A stretch of 63,894 nt of DNA, filler included, from Octopus bimaculoides (Eukaryota), in assembly GCF_001194135.2 (NCBI RefSeq). It is 5 parts of 5 records of this genome, joined end to end, with 100 filler letters (N's around TTAATTAATTAA, not from the genome) between each part and the next. Parts side by side here need not be neighbours in the genome. Positions count along the whole stretch, not along the records: positions 1 to 26,326 come from NC_068988.1; 4 more parts are not named here. One strand, written 5' to 3'. The notes below the pieces were generated by a model. It did no database searches and had not been told where the DNA came from. It saw only the letters and a list, made by a program, of their open reading frames with translations. This document shows positions 10,968 through 22,417 of this stretch, piece by piece (position 1 is the first letter of the stretch; every line of letters starts with the position of its first letter). A program made the position numbers and the translations under genes.

Positions 10968-11183
10968 TATTTAAAAGCAGCAGAAATATAACAAAAAAAA
11001 CAGTTACTCTGAGTTTCACGTTCCCGTTCATCGGACAGTTGTCCGATGAACGGGAACGTGAAACTCAGAGTAACGGTTTTTTTGTTATATTTCTGCTGCT
11101 TTTAAATAAAGCATATTACTCTACCTCTGGTATTTGAGTACTCTTTTTTCCACCTTGTTGCACATTGCATGTGCTTACTCCGG

Positions 11184-11190
<7 letters not shown>
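10968..11190. mobile_element. Penelope-like terminal repeat in near-perfect inverted (palindromic) arrangement
   Basis: Arms of about 70 bp at 10968-11037 and 11040-11108 with a 2-nt centre. Each arm carries a hammerhead-like core. Inverted termini with hammerheads are an established feature of Penelope-like elements. Confidence 0.7.
11038..11078 (+). ncRNA. Minimal type-I hammerhead ribozyme motif (CCGAUGA core variant); mirror copy at 10999-11040 on the minus strand
   Basis: GUUGU-CCGAUGA-ACG(GGAA)CGU-GAAA-CUCAGAG-UA/ACGGUU: stem II with a GNRA loop, stem III ACU/AGU, a GUA cleavage triplet and a wobble-rich stem I. Confidence 0.65.
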
Positions 11191-11216
<26 letters not shown>

Positions 11217-11264
11217 GTGTATACATACATACACACACACGTCTGAAAAAATTACCCATACATA

Positions 11265-11880
11265 TAATGTGTGTGTCCACCTTTTGACAAACGGTGATAC
11301 TTTGTTTACGTCCCTGTTAGTTAAGGGCTTAGGGAAAAATCGATAGAATATGTCCGAAGCCTAAAATAAGTACTGGCGTTCGTTTGTTAGTTTTACCCTA
11401 TAAAGCAGTAAATACTCTAGCATGGTCGCAGTCCAGTGATTCAAACAAGTACAAAAAAAAAAGGCAAAGTAAAAGTGTATAGTGAGTGCAAAAGTTAGAT
11501 TATTCTTATAAGTAGCAAAAAAAATTTTCATGCCGGTATTGTCAATCGAGTTGATGATATATGTCCATATATGGGCATATAAACAATCACACGACAATCG
11601 TTGTTATAAACAAATTAAAGGTTTGTACCATACGAAATAAATAAATAAATAGATGACTAAATAAATGATTAATTCAATAATATGGAGAAAGAAAAAAAGG
11701 AAAAAGTAACTGCATTTGTTTCCTAACTTACGAGATTATTATCGAAATAAATAAACAAGATGCTACTTTCGCATGCGATTGAGTTCAGTATTTACTGTTT
11801 ACATTGTGAAATGACCCGAATGTTTGTTTGGATTAGGGTTAAGGCATTGGATTTAAGATTAGGCTCAGAGTTAGTCCCTC
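11265..11880 (+). repeat. Duplicated module copy 4 (SINE A tail + spacer + TTAGGG element)
   Basis: Colinear with 7940-8550, with an identical junction (ttaggctcagagttagtccctcttatagattctcgtcgt) into the CRE fragment. Confidence 0.85.
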
Positions 11881-12240
11881 TTATAGATTCTCGTCGTCCC
11901 TCCAATGCTTTGACAACCTCATCTTCAAGAAACTTGAATGCTTGGTCAATGTCAGCCTCTCTCCAGAGTCCCGTGACCAGACTGCTTTGCAACAAACGGT
12001 TTGGAGGTCTAGGTCTGCGTAAGTACTTGCCTCTATCACTTCTCTGTTTTCTTTACCCCATCCACGCTTGCTCCCCTTTAATAGTCAACTTCTCTCTAAC
12101 ATGGACTAGTTCCAACAGGGAGATGGATGAAGTTCTGTTACAGTGGAGAGAAATGGGTTTCTCAGTTACTGTTACAATTGGGGATAGACGAAAGCGGAGA
12201 GTGTGGGACAATCTGCACACAGGTGTCACTTTCAACTCTC
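11880..12240 (+). mobile_element. CRE-clade retrotransposon fragment, duplicate of about 8555-8910
   Basis: The ORF at 11760-12326 contains RFGGLGLRKYLPLSLLCFLYPIHACSPL...EMDEVLLQW...RVWDNLHTGVTFNS and is near-identical to the 8555 copy. Confidence 0.8.
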
Positions 12241-12346
12241 GCTTTTCATATTTTTATATACGACGTTTAGAAATAGCAATTCCTCGACGATTGCTTACGA
12301 TCGAGTTTTTCACTTTCAATCTGTGATCATAAACCGAAAGGATGCT

Positions 12347-12389
<43 letters not shown>

Positions 12390-13086
12390 CCTCTCTCTGT
12401 TTCTCTCTCTATTTACACACACACACACACACACTCATAGTTTGATTTGGATCCGTGCTACTCTAAGTTTCACAGGCACTCTAACGGGACACACACATAC
12501 ATACACATACATATACATGTAGGGGCTTTCGCATAGTTTCCATCTACCAATTGCATTCACAGAGCATTGCTCAACCCGAGGCTATAAAAAAAACATTTGG
12601 CTGAGGTACCTCACAATAGAACTGAACCCGAAACTATGTGATAGCAAAGCGAACTTCATCATAGAGCCACACACACACGCACACGTAAACACACACACTA
12701 CCTGTATAAATATTTATGCGTGCGTCTGTTTATGTATATGCAAGAGAAAGAGAGAGAGAGAGAGGGGGGAGGAGGTGCGTGCGTCTATGTACGTTTGCGT
12801 GTGTATTTGGGACTGGCGGTGTGTTTGTGTGTGCATGTGTGAGTGAGGGTGTGTGTGCATGTGCGAATGAGGGTGTGTGTGCATATGTGTGTATCACAGA
12901 CGCTATTACTCAGTTTCACATATAGTCAACATGAGTCATAAAACTTATTCACTTAGTCATTTCACCTTTCACTGATGATGAAAGTTGAAAGAAAACTTTT
13001 CTAAATCGCCCCGCTGTAAACTATGAGACCACGAATTTTAATTATGTTACAATGGTGAAAGAGAATCCATAACAATAATAGACTAT

Positions 13087-13359
13087 ACAGTTCTATATTT
13101 AAGAGATGAGGAATTATGTACATTATTTACATTATTTACAATTGACGGATATTTGTCCTCATCTTGTTTGTTGTTAACACAACGTTTAGGCTGATATACC
13201 CTCCAGCCTTCATTAAGTGTCTTGGGGAAATTAGGAATGAGAACCCAGGTTCGAAATTTCCCCAAGACACCTGATGAAGGCTGGGGGGTATATCAGCCGA
13301 AGCGTTGTGTTAACAACAAACAAGATGAGGATAAATATCCGTCAATTGTAAATAATATA
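13087..13359. mobile_element. Penelope-like inverted terminal repeat insertion with 13-bp TSD
   Basis: Arms of about 100 bp (about 13128-13231 and 13255-13356) with a short spacer, flanked by the direct repeat aataatagactat at 13074-13086 and 13360-13372. Confidence 0.75.
13266..13311 (+). ncRNA. Minimal type-I hammerhead ribozyme motif, degenerate at A15.1; more degenerate mirror copy at 13176-13221 (minus)
   Basis: GACAC-CUGAUGA-A-GGCUG(loop)CAGCC-GAAG-CGU-U/GUGUU. Stem I is GACAC:GUGUU and stem II is 5 bp. The mirror copy retains AAACGUU, so the consensus is GAAACGUU. Confidence 0.7.
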
Positions 13360-13566
13360 AATAATAGACTATGTCGGGAGGCTATCCGTAACAATAATAA
13401 ACTGTTGTTTTGTAATCTTGTAAAATATCCATAGCTGATGGTGAGAGCTATGCATAACAGTGTTGTGAGCAGGAGACCTGTAAGGAGGAAAGGGATCAGC
13501 TGGTGCACTGGTCCGGGAGCGGAAGAGCTAAGCAAGGGCCAGTGGATGTCTGGCGTGGCCCTTCTT

Positions 13567-13623
<57 letters not shown>

Positions 13624-14745
13624 ATAAAAGACAGACAGACAGACTGAAAGGAAATTTGAAATATGAAAGGGCACCCTTTTCTTCTTGGGGAAGAAAGCAG
13701 TCTGGTTCCATCTTGCAAAATTTTTGGGAGGCCGTAAGTGTGAACTATTCGAAGCAATAACACGCATCGTCATCAGCAATGGTGTGGGCCATATGTGCAA
13801 TTCCTAGCAATAATGCAAGTTATTGTTGCCAGTGGGGTTAGCTAATCCTAGCAATTCTAAACCACCCAAAGGAATGGTAAGTTAAAGCACGGAGTTAACG
13901 GTAATCATCGCTGCAACACATTATCACGGAGCAGTCCCTAAACGTGATTAGGGTTTATGCTCACCATATATGCCAGTCATACACCCGTTTGTTCTAAAGC
14001 AATGGACTAGCTTTTACAGTGAGTCAAAACATATATTTTTCAGTTTTTGCACTGTAGCCATGCTGGAGCAGCATCTTGAAGAGTCTTAGCCGAGCGAATC
14101 GATCCCAGAGCTTATTTATATTTTTTAAGGCTTGTACTTAGTTTTCTATCGGTCGTTTTTGCTGAACTGCTACATTATGGGGAAGTAACCAAACCAACAC
14201 CGGTTGTTAAGCGGTGGGGACACATACGGACTCAAAGAACCTGAATCTTGAAACGATCGCTAATGAAACAATTGCAATCTCAAGTGATCTGTGATAGCCG
14301 TTAAGTTATTCGCGATGATAATAAGCAATTAGTATCAACGATAAATTAACCTTTGCAATGATAAGTACACTGACCTGATACACCGAGATTATCACTGCTC
14401 TGTGAAACGGGGTTTGTTTCAGTATTCCAAAAATTAGGCTAAGTGAAAGCGTGTCAAATAATTGTATTTTTCATGTTGGGAACTGATTTTGATAATATAT
14501 ATATCTTGTATATATATATTTTTTTATTTATAAATATACTTTACTTTACAACAAATGTTTCTGATGCAATGAAACAAAGAAAGTCAAACCGGGCTTTATC
14601 TATTAAAAATCTTACGTAATACATTCAAAAATGTATAATTTGTGTAGCTTTGCTCCAGATTGTTGACACCCAAAGAAGTCGAAACTATGCTTCTTTAGTT
14701 CTTAAACCCGTGTATTTTTAAATATTACTTTTTATAAGAGTAGTA

Positions 14746-14960
14746 AGGCTGCGAACTGGCAGAATCGTTAGCATGTCGGGCAAAATGCTCAGTGGCATTT
14801 CGTCCTGTACTTTCTGAGTTCAAATTTCGCCGAGGTCGACTTTGCCTTTCATCCATTCAGGGTTGATAAAATAAGTACCAGCTAAGTACTAGAGTCGATG
14901 TAATCGGCTTAGCCCTCTTCCCTGAAATTACTGTCTTTGTGCCAAAATTTGAAGCCATTA
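14746..14960 (+). mobile_element. tRNA-derived SINE family B, near full length
   Basis: A box tggcagaatcg, B box gagttcaaatt, central ggtcgactttgcctttcatccattcagggttgataaaataagtaccag and tail gatgtaatcggctt...gccaaaatttgaa. Confidence 0.85.
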
Positions 14961-15089
14961 CTTAGAAGCCAAGTCGGGTAGTGGATAACAGGGTTCGTGA
15001 AGAGTCGGACAAAAAACGTACAACGCATTTTTTTAAAGTACGATTATTTACATTACGTAGTTCAAATTCAACTGAAGTTTACCGTACCT

Positions 15090-15300
15090 TCCATATTTCC
15101 AGGGTTCCTTTTTACTTTTTACTTGTTTCAGCCATTAGTCTGCGGCCATTCTGGGGCATCACCCTGAAGGGTCACGGGGGAACAAATCAACCCCAGAACT
15201 TCTTCTTAAGTCTGATACTTATTCTATCGGTGTCTTTTGCCAAACCACTAAGTTACGTGGACCTAAATAATCCATCATGGGTTGTCAAACGGTTGAGGGG
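15090..15300 (-). mobile_element. SINE family A 3' half
   Basis: Reverse complement of the family A tail and central region (ttacttgtttcagccattagtctgcggccat ... gccaaaccactaagttacg). Confidence 0.75.
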
Positions 15301-15303
15301 AGT

Positions 15304-15341
<38 letters not shown>

Positions 15342-15454
15342 ACATACACAAACATTCACACATACATACATACATACATACATACATACATACATACATA
15401 CATACATACGACAGGCTTCTGCGTTTGTGTGCGTGTGTGCGCACGCGCAAGTGT

Positions 15455-15640
15455 GTCTGTGTTTGTCCCGAGGTAATGGTTTAGGTCCCCGTAACTTACC
15501 CGTTTACCAGAAAACCTCGATAAAATAAGCCCCAAACTTGAAAAAAATAACAAGTACTGGGGTCGATCAATTCAAACTAAAACCTTTCGAGGCGATGCTC
15601 CAGTATGGTCACAGCCCAATGACTGAAACAAGAAAAGGAT
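15455..15640 (+). mobile_element. SINE family A 3' half
   Basis: ccccgtaactta ... aagtactggggtcgatcaattcaaact ... ggcgatgctccagtatggtcacagcccaatgactgaaacaag. Confidence 0.75.
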
Positions 15641-17025
15641 AACCGGTGAAAAGATGATTCCCGCGGAATCATTAGGACAATTAAAAAGCTGCATCTACCC
15701 ACTCATCTACTTCACCCTTATCTCGCCAGTATCCATTGAAGTTTCCCACGCCATCTTGAAGGGTGGCCGCAGTACCACCTGTACCACCTGTAGCCTTTCA
15801 ACTGAAAGGTCAGAGATTAAGTGACAACTTAACGTGTACTTTTGTTTTGTATATGTATCTGTATGTCTGTGTATATCTTCGTCGGTGTGTGTAAGTGATT
15901 TGATCCAGAAAAAAAGAAAGTCACAGGAAAAAAGTCATTGAAATTTTTTGTTTCATTCTCTTACTTTACTTAAGAATTGAATGTAAGTGCCTTTTATTTT
16001 GTTTTGTGTTGTATTTTTCTCACACGTGTAATGCCATCATATATAAATTTTGCACAAGTCATGCACTGTCGGTTAATAATTGATTCAATATATATTTACT
16101 TTAATTGTTTATAAGTATTTGAATAAAATGTGACTTGTTTTTGCCGCGACTATTTGTCTGGACACCGCGTGATTGAATCGGTCTGTTCGACTTTACTAGT
16201 CTAGGATAACAGCAGTCGTAGTAGTGGTGATAGTGGTAGTGGTTGTGGTAGCAGAAGCAGTTGAGAGAGGGAACTGTACAGTTTGCCAGACGTTTCTGCG
16301 TCTTCACTTCCTTTCAGGTCAATAAAATAGGCCTGTGCGGTTGTCCAATTTGCAATCACTCGATTTACTAAAAATAGCAGTCAAATCTTCCTCAAATCAC
16401 ACTGTACTGTCTTAAATAAAGGGGGACACACTAGAACTATAATATATGGTTCTATATTTTTACACTGAATAAAAAAGGGCAGGATGATCTCAGCTGGAGC
16501 ATTTTACTACCTCGTCTGTGTATTTATCAAACCGATGTCGCTAACATCACCAAATATCAGAAAATTTTAAAACATGTTATCTATGCAAGTAACTGATATT
16601 ATTTACTGTTGTGATTAAAAAGCTTACTTTGCAATCACGCTGTTTCGGGTTCAGTCCCACTATGCGGGGTCTATAGTAGAAAACAATTATTCAAGGTAAC
16701 TACGCAGTGGAACTGAATCCAGAACCATGCGGATGGAAAGGAAACTTATTGTTATATAACATAATATACGTCCAGAAATATTTCCTTTGGATGTAAATCT
16801 TTGTTCATTTACCAGAAGCGATAAATTGCAGGACTCAATACGACTAACAGTTTCATTTTTAATCATCCGTCTTCACGGCGCCGAGGTCGTCTTTGCCTTT
16901 TATCCTTTCGCGGTCTATAAAATAAGTACCAGTTGAATACTAAGGCCGATGTAATCGACTTAGCTTCTCCCTCGAGATTGCTGGTCCCGTACCAAAACTT
17001 GAAATCAATATTAGAATGTTCTTTT

Positions 17026-17240
17026 AAGGCGGCGAACTGGCAGAATCGTTAGCAGGCCGGGCAAAATACTTAGCGACATTTCGTCCGTCATCATGTTCTG
17101 AGTTCAAATGTCACCGAGGTCGACTTTACTTTTCATCTTTTCGGGGCCAATACAATAGGTACCAGTTGAGCATTAGGATCGATACAATCGACTTACACCC
17201 TCCCCAGAAATGGCTATCTTTGTACCAAAATTTTAAACTA
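17026..17240 (+). mobile_element. SINE family B, near full length (a partial copy precedes it at about 16875-17010)
   Basis: aaggcggcgaactggcagaatcgttagc ... gagttcaaatgtcaccgaggtcgactttacttttcatc. Confidence 0.85.
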
Positions 17241-18764
17241 ATATTAATATGTTTATACCATCACTATTCCGAATTTTACGCTTTCGCGAGTAGTTCTTCT
17301 GACAGTCGAAACTGCAGTTCAGGAATTGGAATCTCTGTAAGCTCGATTTATCTAAAATAAATCACCGGAATCTACAAATAACATTTATTTTGAAAAGGTG
17401 GGGAAAATTCCGTCTTCAGTATGCAGAAACTGAAAGAGCAAACTCTGCAGAAAATCGGTATTAACCAAAGGCTCAGCAATAAAATACAACTGAAGTTTGA
17501 TAAAGATACATTCCAGTTAATTATTGCTTCAATACCAATACCTCTCTGTTTGCATTATAACACATATTGTCCGATAGATTGAAAGACAAACTCGGTTACA
17601 AGTTGAACATTCGTTTGAAGGGACAATATTTCTTTTCTTTTTGACGTTTTAGATTTGTCTGTTTAATGCAATTCTCCATGTAGAAAATCACATCAATCCC
17701 GCTCATGCGTGCGTTATTTTCCTCATCGTGTCCTATCTATTGCCTTTTCTCCACTTCACACATACACACACACACACACGCACATACACAGAATCACTCA
17801 GTATAAGCTTTGCTTAGCTAAAAGGAGAATAATCCTTAAAAAATCGCACGATCCAGGCGCCTTTTTTTTAACTTAATAAGTGAAATTTTAGCTGCTGCCC
17901 TCACAATAGATAAATTTGCTTTGGAAACGCGAACTTCTTTTGTAAACTAGAGAACGAAAAAAATCACAGCTGACGGCCTTTAGCAACGACTGGAATTGTT
18001 TAAGGGGAGGCATCCCTTCTTTTCCTCTCAGAGAAAGAAAAGGGATTTTGCGTTACGTCTTTTTCCATCAAGGTGATCAAAACTATATTTACCACCTGCA
18101 TTAAAGAGGTTATCTGGTCACGGCCAATAGGTCTAATGAGCGGTTAGTATCATCAAATGCAATAGCAGACACGAAACAAATGCTAACTCTCTGACCGATT
18201 ATATGCCATCACTAAAAACACCACTGTACAATATAAAAGTGTAACTGCTGAAATTCTCTTTAGACTTTTCTTTCTTTCTGACGTATGGATACTTACCGAG
18301 TATATATATAATTTAATGAACAGAGTATTTAAAATAAGAGATGCTAATACTTTCTCGTCATAGAGATACTGAAAGAAAACGGATTTATATAACGTGCCAC
18401 GTGTCTTCAAACAATTTCAATCTCAGGGCACATGGTTAGTTCTGTCTAAAAACCATGTGCACTGATCCAGAAAGTTTCTTGGAGATACAAATATGTATAT
18501 ATTGTTGCATTCGTTTACTCTTTTACTGCGGCCATGCCGGAGCACCGCTTTGAAGAGTTTTTAGTCGAACAAATCAACCACAGGATGTATTTTTTAGGCC
18601 TAGTACTTATTCTATCAGTCTCTTTTGCCGTACCTAAATACACCAACACCGGTTGATGTATTTATATATATATATATATACTTTTTTTAAAAATTATTTG
18701 CCATGCTTGACAGCTAAATCTACAGATTTTTTTTCATTCTCTCTCTGTTTATTTTCTCTTATTC

Positions 18765-18800
18765 CTTTCTGCTGAAGAGCGTAGGCTCGAAACGTAAAAG
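18765..18800 (+). ncRNA. Minimal hammerhead ribozyme motif (CUGCUGA core variant) in a Penelope-like terminal repeat remnant
   Basis: CUUU-CUGCUGA-A-GAGC(GUAG)GCUC-GAAA-CGU-A/AAAG: perfect 4-bp stem II, palindromic ACGU stem III and 4-bp stem I. Confidence 0.6.
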
Positions 18801-19221
18801 ACTTTTTCATTTTCCCGAGCGTCATACACCTGTCTTCGTCTTCTGTTTTTCTAGAAATCTCAACTATCCATATTTATATACATATATATAAGTAACAAAA
18901 ATGTACAGGTATTCCGTTCACCTAACTTGGAATTCGCACTTCGGAAATACTATAGAAAGTACTTTTATAAAAAGTACATGTCTGAATTACCAAGAGCTAG
19001 GTTGCGTTGTCTACACACACGACAGGAATAATGGTTACAAATACCCCTACACGGAATCTTGATATTCAGTATTCGAATAATATTGTCGAGCTATGCAGAT
19101 TATACTGAACTAGCAAGGTGTCTCAATTTAAGTACCTAATTCAACTGAAATTTATAGATGTATACATATTTCTTTATGGCCTACTGGGGGCTAAACATAG
19201 AGGGGACAAACAAGGACAGAC

Positions 19222-19368
19222 AAAGGGATTAAGTCGATTACATCGACCCCAGTGCGTAATTGCTACCTATTTAATCGACCTCGAAAGGATGAAAGGCAAA
19301 GTCGACCTTGGCGGAATTTGAACTCAGAACGTAACGACAGACGTGCTAACGATTCTGCCAGTTCGCCA

Positions 19369-19370
<2 letters not shown>
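19222..19370 (-). mobile_element. SINE family B
   Basis: aagtcgattacatcgaccccagtg ... aaaggatgaaaggcaaagtcgaccttggcggaatttgaactcagaacg ... ctaacgattctgccagttcgcc. Confidence 0.85.
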
Positions 19371-19410
<40 letters not shown>

Positions 19411-19779
19411 NNNNNNNNNNNNNNNNNNNNNNNNNNNNNNNNNNNNNNNNNNNNNNNNNNNNNNNNNNNNNNNNNNNNNNNNNNNNNNNNNTTATATATA
19501 TATCACGCTGGCGACGTAAACAGACTAACACAGGTTGTCAAGCGTTTGGCGGTGGTAGAAATACAAGCATATGTACACATTTTTTTGACGGAATTCCACA
19601 CAGTTTCCATCAGTCAAATCCACTCACAAGATACCGTAGCAGTAAAACTGAACTTGAAACCACATGATTGGGAAGCAAGCTGATAGAATAATACTGTGTG
19701 CGTGTGTGTGTATGTGTGCTCGTCTGTGTGTGTGTGTATGTGTGCTCGTCTGTGTGTGTGTGTGTGTATGTGTGTGTGC

Positions 19780-19960
19780 GTGTGTTTGTCCCAGTTCACC
19801 ATCTGACAACCGGTGTTGAATTGTTTGTGTCCCCGTAAGCTAGTGGTTCGGTAAAAAGCGACCAGTAGAATAAGTGACAGGTTTAAAATTAAGTACTGGC
19901 AGCGATCTTTATTTTAGTGCCCCAGCATGGCCGCCGTCCAATTACTGAAACAAGGAAAAA
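19780..19960 (+). mobile_element. SINE family A 3' half
   Basis: tgacaaccggtgttg ... gtccccgtaagctagtggttcggtaaaagcgaccagtagaataagt ... gtgccccagcatggccgccgtccaattactgaaacaag. Confidence 0.75.
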
Positions 19961-20764
19961 GATAAGACAAAAGATTAAGAAGATCTAACACTGTAAAACT
20001 TCGCTGTTGTTCTATGCAACTTACAACCAAAACCAGTACGTTACTGCTGCTGCTGCTTCTACTTCTACTACTACTACTACTACTACTACTACTAAGGCAG
20101 GACTTCCGTTTGTACCCCCCCGCCCACATAAAAAAAAACAACACCTCTTCTTTTTATATAATTTTTTTTGTTTACACAAACCCCCGTTTTCGGCTACGGA
20201 GAATACGAATCTGCAAAAAGATTGGCAAAAATCNNNNNNNNNNNNNNNNNNNNNNNNNNNNNNNNNNNNNNNNNNNNNNNNNNNNNNNNNNNNNNNNNNN
20301 NNNNNNNNNNNNNNNNNNNNNNNNNNNNNNNNNNNNNNNNNNNNNNNNNNNNNNNNNNNNNNNNNNNNNNNNNNNNNNNNNNNNNNNNNNNNNNNNNNNN
20401 NNNNNNNNNNNNNNNNNNNNNNNNNNNNNNNNNNNNNNNNNNNNNNNNNNNNNNNNNNNNNNNNNNNNNNNNNNNNNNNNNNNNNNNNNNNNNNNNNNNN
20501 NNNNNNNNNNNNNNNNNNNNNNNNNNNNNNNNNNNNNNNNNNNNNNNNNNNNNNNNNNNNNNNNNNNNNNNNNNNNNNNNNNNNNNNNNNNNNNNNNNNN
20601 NNNNNNNNNNNNNNNNNNNNNNNNNNNNNNNNNNNNNNNNNNNNNNNNNNNNNNNNNNNNNNNNNNNNNNNNNNNNNNNNNNNNNNNNNNNNNNNNNNNN
20701 NNNNNNNNNNNNNNNNNNNNNNNGAAGTAATCAGAATTCTTTGAAGTTACAATAGGTGTGGGTG

Positions 20765-20869
20765 GCGGTGATGATGATGATGATAATGATGATGTTGACC
20801 ATCATCATCATTGTGGGGGTGCTGGTGATGTCGGTTCTTGTCGGTTGGTGATGATGGTAGTGGTGGTAG

Positions 20870-20922
<53 letters not shown>

Positions 20923-21010
20923 GTGGAGGTGGTAATGGGTTGGTGGTATCGCAGCTGGTGATTGTAGTGGTGGTGGTGGTTGTGGTGATACTGATGCTGA
21001 TTCTGGTGAT
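20765..21010. repeat. (GAT)n/(GGT)n trinucleotide microsatellite
   Basis: Direct reading; it explains the poly-M, poly-D and poly-H ORFs. Confidence 0.9.
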
Positions 21011-21350
21011 GACAATGGAGTGCTGGTTTCGTGTGTGGGTGGTGTGACTTGGTAGAATTGGGGTAGGGGAGTCTCAGGTGATTGCTGAAAAGAGATACAG
21101 TGTGGGGGAGGAGAGGAAGTCATGATAATATAGTGCAAATGGGTGTGTATGAGGGTGCATGTAAGGTGGGTGCAGGAGTGTATGTGCTGGCACATGTGTG
21201 GTGGGGTGGCAACTGGGTACCTTGTTTGGGGTAATTAAGGGTAACTATTTGAATAAGTACACATCCTTTTCTTCTTTCATCTACATGGCTGTCTATCCTC
21301 TCCAGCGCCCTTCTCTCACTATTTGTCTGTCTGCGTGACGGTCTACCCCG

Positions 21351-21419
<69 letters not shown>

Positions 21420-21569
21420 NNNNNNNNNNNNNNNNNNNNNNNNNNNNNNNNNNNNNNNNNNNNNNNNNNNNNNNNNNNNNNNNNNNNNNNNNNNNNNNNN
21501 NNNNNNNNNATAATACAAATGATATATAAGCATATGCATGTATACATACATATATGTACATACCTACAT

Positions 21570-21850
21570 CTACATGTATATATAGATGCATATTCAGGTA
21601 CAGGACGTTAGACAAAAGAACGGGAGCATGAAAACCAAACGGACTTTGTTTACAGACAACAGAACGAACACATAGGAAAACAAACAAGCCACTTGGAATT
21701 AATCCTTCATCAGCTGCCTCTATTCTAAAACCAGGCGTTTCGAAGATAAGGCAGGACGCACTCTTAGAATAGTTTCTTCCTGAGTAGTGGATTAACCCAC
21801 TAAACAGAGGAATCCAAGATAGCAAACACAAACCAAGACAGGAAAAATTA
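21570..21850 (-). mobile_element. Interspersed repeat, probably a Penelope-like terminal repeat; related pieces at about 31100-31385 and 60745-60910
   Basis: The reverse complement shares aacgtcctgtacc..atatgcatctatatatac..gtagatgtaggtatgtacata and gtcctgcc..a.tcttcgaaacg with 60745-60910. It contains a degenerate CTGATGA-A-GGA(ttaat)TCC motif. Confidence 0.5.
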
Positions 21851-22070
21851 GAATAAGTATCAGGCTTATAAAGTATAAGTTCTGGAGTCGATTTGTTCGA
21901 TTCAAGGTGGTGCTCCTGCATGGCCGCAGTCAAATGACTGAAACAAGTGAAAGAATAAAAATTTATATATATAGTCAATTCAAATAAAGGGGGGGGAACG
22001 AAAAGAAGAAAACGAGCGTGTGGATATGCACAAGAAATGTATTAGTTTGACGCTCAGTGAAAGGAAAGGG

Positions 22071-22103
22071 TTTGACGTTTCGAGCATAGCTCTTCGTCGG
22101 AAA
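22071..22103 (-). ncRNA. Minimal hammerhead ribozyme motif (CCGACGA core variant)
   Basis: The minus strand reads UUU-CCGACGA-A-GAGC(UAU)GCUC-GAAA-CGU-C/AAA with a GUC triplet. The flanks match 34060-34170. Confidence 0.65.
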
Positions 22104-22350
22104 GCAGAAAGGGAAAAGTCCAAAGATGGAAAAGAAATCGCCAGCGGCATAAATGAAGTTACATTGCTGATATATATAAGATAGAGAAATAATTTTCTTT
22201 TTATTCTCAAACGCGTGATAATGGTAATAAATAGCGTGATCAGGATAAGTTATCCATACACTGCAGAAAAATACGTTACCGGCCAGCCATGAGGCTCAAA
22301 CTCACATCCCTGTCATTACGCGTCAAGTGCTTTACCATTAAGCTAAACTG

Positions 22351-22417
<67 letters not shown>

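Noticed and set aside
12968-13010. CTGATGA followed by a weak hairpin
   Set aside because: No GAAA after the stem and no stem I. The same holds for CTGATGA at about 37860 and CTGACGA at about 54250.
17950-18180. Scattered E-boxes and a CCAAT box in unique sequence
   Set aside because: Motif density is not clearly above chance and there is no core promoter geometry.
21695-21725. Minus-strand CTGATGA-A-GGA(ttaat)TCC motif
   Set aside because: The GAAA half of the core is missing in this copy; kept only as support for the repeat call.
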